A DNA stretch of 64,000 nucleotides. It comes from the human T2T-CHM13v2.0 reference genome, Homo sapiens. Of the stretch, positions 59,455 to 64,000 are shown in pieces. Made by a program: the position numbers and the translations under genes. The notes beneath the pieces are model-generated. The model had not been told where the DNA came from, did not search any database, and saw only the letters and a list, made by a program, of their open reading frames with translations. The stretch is from assembly GCF_009914755.1 (NCBI RefSeq), contig NC_060933.1. One strand, 5' to 3'. The stretch's first letter is position 1; each line of letters opens with the position of its first letter.

Positions 59455-61020
59455 TTAATAAATTTTTGTATTATAGAGTTATCTTAAATTTACAGATTTA
59501 TCATGAAGACAGAAAAGGAAGTTGATCTATAACCCACCCTCGGTTTTCCCTGCTATTAAAGTCTTATATTGGTATTGCACGTTTGTCACAATTAATGAAT
59601 CATGATTGATACAGTATTATTAACCAAAGTTAATCATTTAGATTTCCTTTATTTTTCGCTAAGGTCTTCTTTTTCTTCTAAGATTGCATCCAGGAAACCG
59701 CATTGAATTTAATAGTCATGTCTCCTTAGGCTCCTCTTGTGAGAGTTTCTCAGACTTTCCTTGTTTTTGATGAACTTGACAATTTTAAGGAGTAATGGTC
59801 ATGTATTTTATAAACTGTTCCTCAATGGAATGTGACTGTTTTCTTCATGATTAGGTTGAGTAATATGTTTTTGGGAGGACCACCATAGATGTAATGTGTC
59901 ATTTTCACCAGATCACACTAAGGCTCCATGCTATTGACATGATTTGTGATTGTTGATATTAACTTTGATTACCTGACTGAAACAGTGTTTGTGAAGGTTC
60001 CCCATTGTAAATTTAGTATTTCTCTCATTTTCATACTGTACCCTTGGGAAGAAACTCACTATTTGCAATCCACAAATAAAAAGTGGGAAGTTATATTCTG
60101 CTTGCTGAAGAAGAAAGTATCTACTTTAATTATTTAGAATTTTTTGGATGGGAGATTTGTCTATTCTCTTACATTAATTTACTTATTAAATCATTAAGTT
60201 ATATCAGTATGGACTCATGATTATTTATTTTGTACTTTGGGGTATGAATCAACACTACTATATTTTTGTTGTTCAAAATATTCCAGTTTTTGGCCATTTG
60301 AAGCTCTTTCAGATGGTACTCATATCCCTTTGATAGTTTCCTGTCATTATCTGCAGTTTATTTATTTACTTATTCATTCTTTAAAAATGTCCTTTAATTT
60401 TTAGCGGGTTGTTTAAAGTAGACATTTTTTTTTTGTGAGCAGTTTTAGGTTCATAGCAAAAATGAGTAGAAGGTATGAAGAATTCTCACATACCTCCTGA
60501 CTCTATACTTGAATAGCCTCTTACACTATCAACATCCACCACCAGAGTAGTACATTTGTTATCATTGATGAGCCTACATTGACACATCATTATCACCCAG
60601 AGTCTATATAGTTTACATTAGGGTTCACTCCTTTTGCACATTCCATTTCATATTGGCCAAATATATCCACTGTTATGCTATCATACAGAGTGTTTTGTCA
60701 CTGCCTAACCATCTGTGTTCTGCCTATTCATCCCTCTCCTCTGAACCTGGACTATGACTCCAGTTTTGCTTTTTACAGAATGTCATATAATTGGAATCAT
60801 GCAGTATGTAGCCTTTTCAAATTGGCTTCTTTCATTAATATGCAGTTAAGTTTCCTCCATGTTTCTTTGTGGTTTGATAGTTCATTTCTTTATAGCACTG
60901 AATAATATTCCATTTTCTGAATTTGGCAGTTTCTTTATCCATTCACCTACTGAAGGTCATCTTGGTTGCCTCCATGAGCAATTATAAGTAAAGTTGCCAT
61001 AAACATCTCTGTACACGTTT
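59455..61020 (-). mobile_element. Two L1MC-type 3'-end fragments (about 59455-60380 and 60425-61020)
   Basis: catgtctccttaggctcctcttg; gagcagttttaggttcatagcaaaa...cattatcacccagagtc. Confidence 0.7.
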
Positions 61021-61445
61021 TTGCACAGTAGTTTCTTTTTAAAAAATACTTTTATTTTCTGGCACTATAGGTCATGCATTTTAATCTACTTTGCCAATTC
61101 CTGTTTCTCGGTTCATAAATTTAGACCATTTTTATTTAATTTCATTATTGATATATTACACTTAAATATGCCATTTTTTTCTGTTTTTCTCTCTTGTTTG
61201 TTTCTATTTTCTTTTTCCTGCCTGTAGGTATGACATTATATATCTATAAGTAATTACAATCTAGTAATATGACATTTTACTATTTCAAGTGAAATATAGA
61301 GATCTTATCTCCCTTTATGTTCTGTTACCCTCTCCCATTTATAATCTAATTATATTAAATATTTTCTGTATGTCCATTTATAATTAGATTAAACATTATG
61401 ATTTTTGCTTCTATTATAAACTATAATTTAGAAAACTCAAGGAGA

Positions 61446-62334
61446 CCAGAATCTACAAAGAACTTAAACAAATTTACAAGGAAAAAACAACCCCATCAAA
61501 AAGTGGGCAAAGGATATGAACAGACACTTCTAAAAAGAAGACATTTATGAGGACAACAAACATATGAAAAAAAGCTCATCATCACTGGTCATTAGAGAAA
61601 TGCAAATCAAAACCACAGTGAGATACCATCTCATGCCAGTTAGAATGGCAATCATTAAAAAGTCAGGAAACAACAGATGCTGGAGAGGATGTGGAGAAAT
61701 AGGAAGGCTTTTACACTGTTGGTGGGAGTGTAAATTAGTTCAACCATTTTGGAAGACAGTGTGGCGATTCCTCAGGGATCTAGAAGCAGAAATACCATTT
61801 GACCCAGCAATCCCATTACTGGGTATATACCCAAAGGATTATAAATCATTCTACTATAAAGACATATGCACACCTATGTTTATTGCAGCACTGTTCACAG
61901 TAGCAAAAACTTGGAACCAACCCAAATGCCCATCAATGATAGACTGGATAAAGAAAATGTGGCACTTATACACCATGGAATACTATGCCACCATAAAAAA
62001 GGATGAGTTCATGTCTTTTGCAGGTACATGGATGAAGCTGGAAACCATCATTCTCAGGAAACTAACACAAGAACAGAAAACCAAACACCACATGTTCTCA
62101 CTCATAAGTGGGAGTTGAACAATGAGAACACCTGGACATAGGGTGGGGAACATCACACACTGGGGCCTGTTGGGGGGTGGGAGGGCTTGGGGAGGGATAG
62201 CATTAGGAGAAATACCTAATGTAGATGACAGGTTGATGGGTGCAGCAAACCACCATGGCATGTGTATACCTATGTAACAAACCTGCACGTTCTGCACATG
62301 TATCCCAGAACTTAAAGTATAATGAAATAAATAA
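61446..62334 (+). mobile_element. L1PA7-like 5'-truncated LINE-1
   Basis: ORF2 C-terminus 61564-62118; 3'UTR ggagaaatacctaatgtagatgacaggttgatggg. Confidence 0.93.
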
Positions 62335-62339
62335 CTGAA

Positions 62340-62900
62340 AGTAAGCATTCACAATGCAAGAACAGGAGGACATTTTTAACAATATAAATTATAATGAATT
62401 TTAAGAAAAAAATCAAAGCACCATCAACAGAAGAATCATCAGAGTAAAATAAGAAAATCATAGAAATTAAAAATCTTCCAATTCAAAAATTTGGAAGTTA
62501 AAAGTTGACGAAGTCTCTCAATAAGTAGACGAAATAACAAAGAGATAAAATTTAGAAACGTTAAGAAGTTAAATTATTCATCTAGAAGGTCCAACATTCA
62601 CTTAACTGGAGTCCTAGTAAATGAGAACAAAGGAAACAGGGAAAAGGCGGTTATCAAAGACATAGGTACATTTTTTTTCAAATGGAAAAATATATGTTTT
62701 CATTTTTAAAGCAACTGACTACTCAGTAAAATTAATTGAAAAAAATTAAATGGGTATCACTGATAAATTCCAGAATGTCAGGGGAAAAGAGAAAATCTTT
62801 TATTCATAGAAACAGAATTAGAATGAGAAAATATTTCTAAAATATATTTAGTATGGAATTCAATCTTAATATCTCCAGTGAGATGGCAAGATAATATATG
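62340..62900 (+). mobile_element. Ancient L1M ORF1 fragment
   Basis: tctagaaggtccaacattcacttaactggagtcc motif. Confidence 0.5.
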
Positions 62901-62994
62901 ATTTATGATTTCAAATACCCACAGTCAACTTGAATTATAATCCTTGGTTACTGAAATTATGTGCAGGTATAATTAATGGAAATTTTAGTAATTT

Positions 62995-64000
62995 TTGGAA
63001 GTCAGATATCCCAAAGGAACAAAAGTCTGAGGCTCTGAGTTTTCATGCAGCTAGTTTTTTGGGGAGTTCTCTGATGAGCAACACCAATGAAGAGTGAAGA
63101 AAGCAGGATTAAACACAGGAGAAACTGAACTGTAATCATGCAGTTCTAACAGAGGTCTCACAACTCTCAGCGGCAACAGTGGTTGGGATGGCTATTCAGA
63201 GATTTCTCAATTGTGGCAACAATGTGGGGCTTTTTTTAACTCTCCCTGTCCCCAACAACTAATTATTATATGACAGCTTTCATCAGGGAATGGAGTTTAA
63301 CTTTTGGGATAGGATGATTTCCTTGGCTGAAAAAATTGCTTGGAGACTGACTCAGCTGGGAGCAATCAGCAACCAACAGTCTCGAACCTGGGGAAATGAG
63401 TGCCTTAGTCACAAAGGACATCTGTGTCACAAAACACAGCATCCACTACAGTTCACCCCAGCACTGCTCAGATCTATTTGTTCCATATAATAAGTTCACT
63501 CCAATTGGAAAAAGCTTCTCCATGATTCTTGTTAGTCTCTTTTTCTAGAAATTATAAAAGAGAAAAGGTAGTAAAACAAATGGCAGTCCCTACTACAATA
63601 GTTGGTCTCAGATTATCATAGGTGCTCATCATCTTCCTCCTCTAGTACCCATTTGAAATTGCCCACATCCTCAGTTAGTAACTGAACTGGTATTACTGGT
63701 TTATCAAGTCAGGTTAACACACTTTTATCTGTGAGGGTTCTGAGCCTCTGGTTACCATGTTCTTCTCACACTGCTGTGGCTGTTATTGTCCATGTATTGT
63801 CATGATTGAGTGAGAGAGTAATAAGAGACACTGCGGTTGTCAACTGTTTTCTACCTTGCCTTCATTGTGTAACCACAGTCCTACCTCTTACCACTCCCAG
63901 TATGATAACTCTGCTTTTGACTGCTAGGGTATAATGTGACTTGACCTTATTTATTGGGTCTCATGGTCAGGGTGAGAAATAAAATGCTCAGGAGAAAACA
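62995..64000 (-). mobile_element. LTR16-like LTR (to about 63450) plus adjacent ERVL (ERV3-16A3-like) internal sequence
   Basis: cagcatccactaca|gttcacccc...gctcagatc...aagttcactcc boundary typical of LTR16/ERVL-int. Confidence 0.7.

Larger units (their letters stand above)
54380..61443 (-). mobile_element. Old L1MC/MD element (3' region to ORF2 5' end) hosting several later insertions
   Basis: Continuous degenerate antisense ORF2 motifs, interrupted by THE1B, L1PA5, the RPS19 pseudogene and other L1MC 3' ends (about 59455-61020). Confidence 0.75.

Overview
Repeat-dense, AT-rich hominid (human-like) intergenic or deep-intronic DNA. No protein-coding exon of a cellular gene can be recognised; nearly all long ORFs in the track derive from LINE-1, Alu, MaLR or microsatellite sequence. 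Main features: a full-length but inactivated L1PA2-like element (17696-23716, minus strand) that keeps an open antisense ORF0; several 5'-truncated L1PA copies, one with a twin-priming inversion and one fused to an AluY half; nested older L1M/L2/MIR elements; THE1/MST/MLT1/LTR8/LTR16 LTRs; DNA transposon relics (MADE1, MER2, MER58B x2, MER91A, MER102); and a full-length processed RPS19 pseudogene (58156-58670, minus). The least explained structure is a set of short fold-back (inverted-duplication) palindromes at 4571, 7829, 33704-34237 and 54138-54432. The clearest is a double palindrome around two TA/CA microsatellites that can be read as a tandem duplication whose middle was then inverted. 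I see no evidence for a new coding system. Repeat subfamily names come from recalled consensus sequences, not a database search, and boundaries of old elements are approximate.
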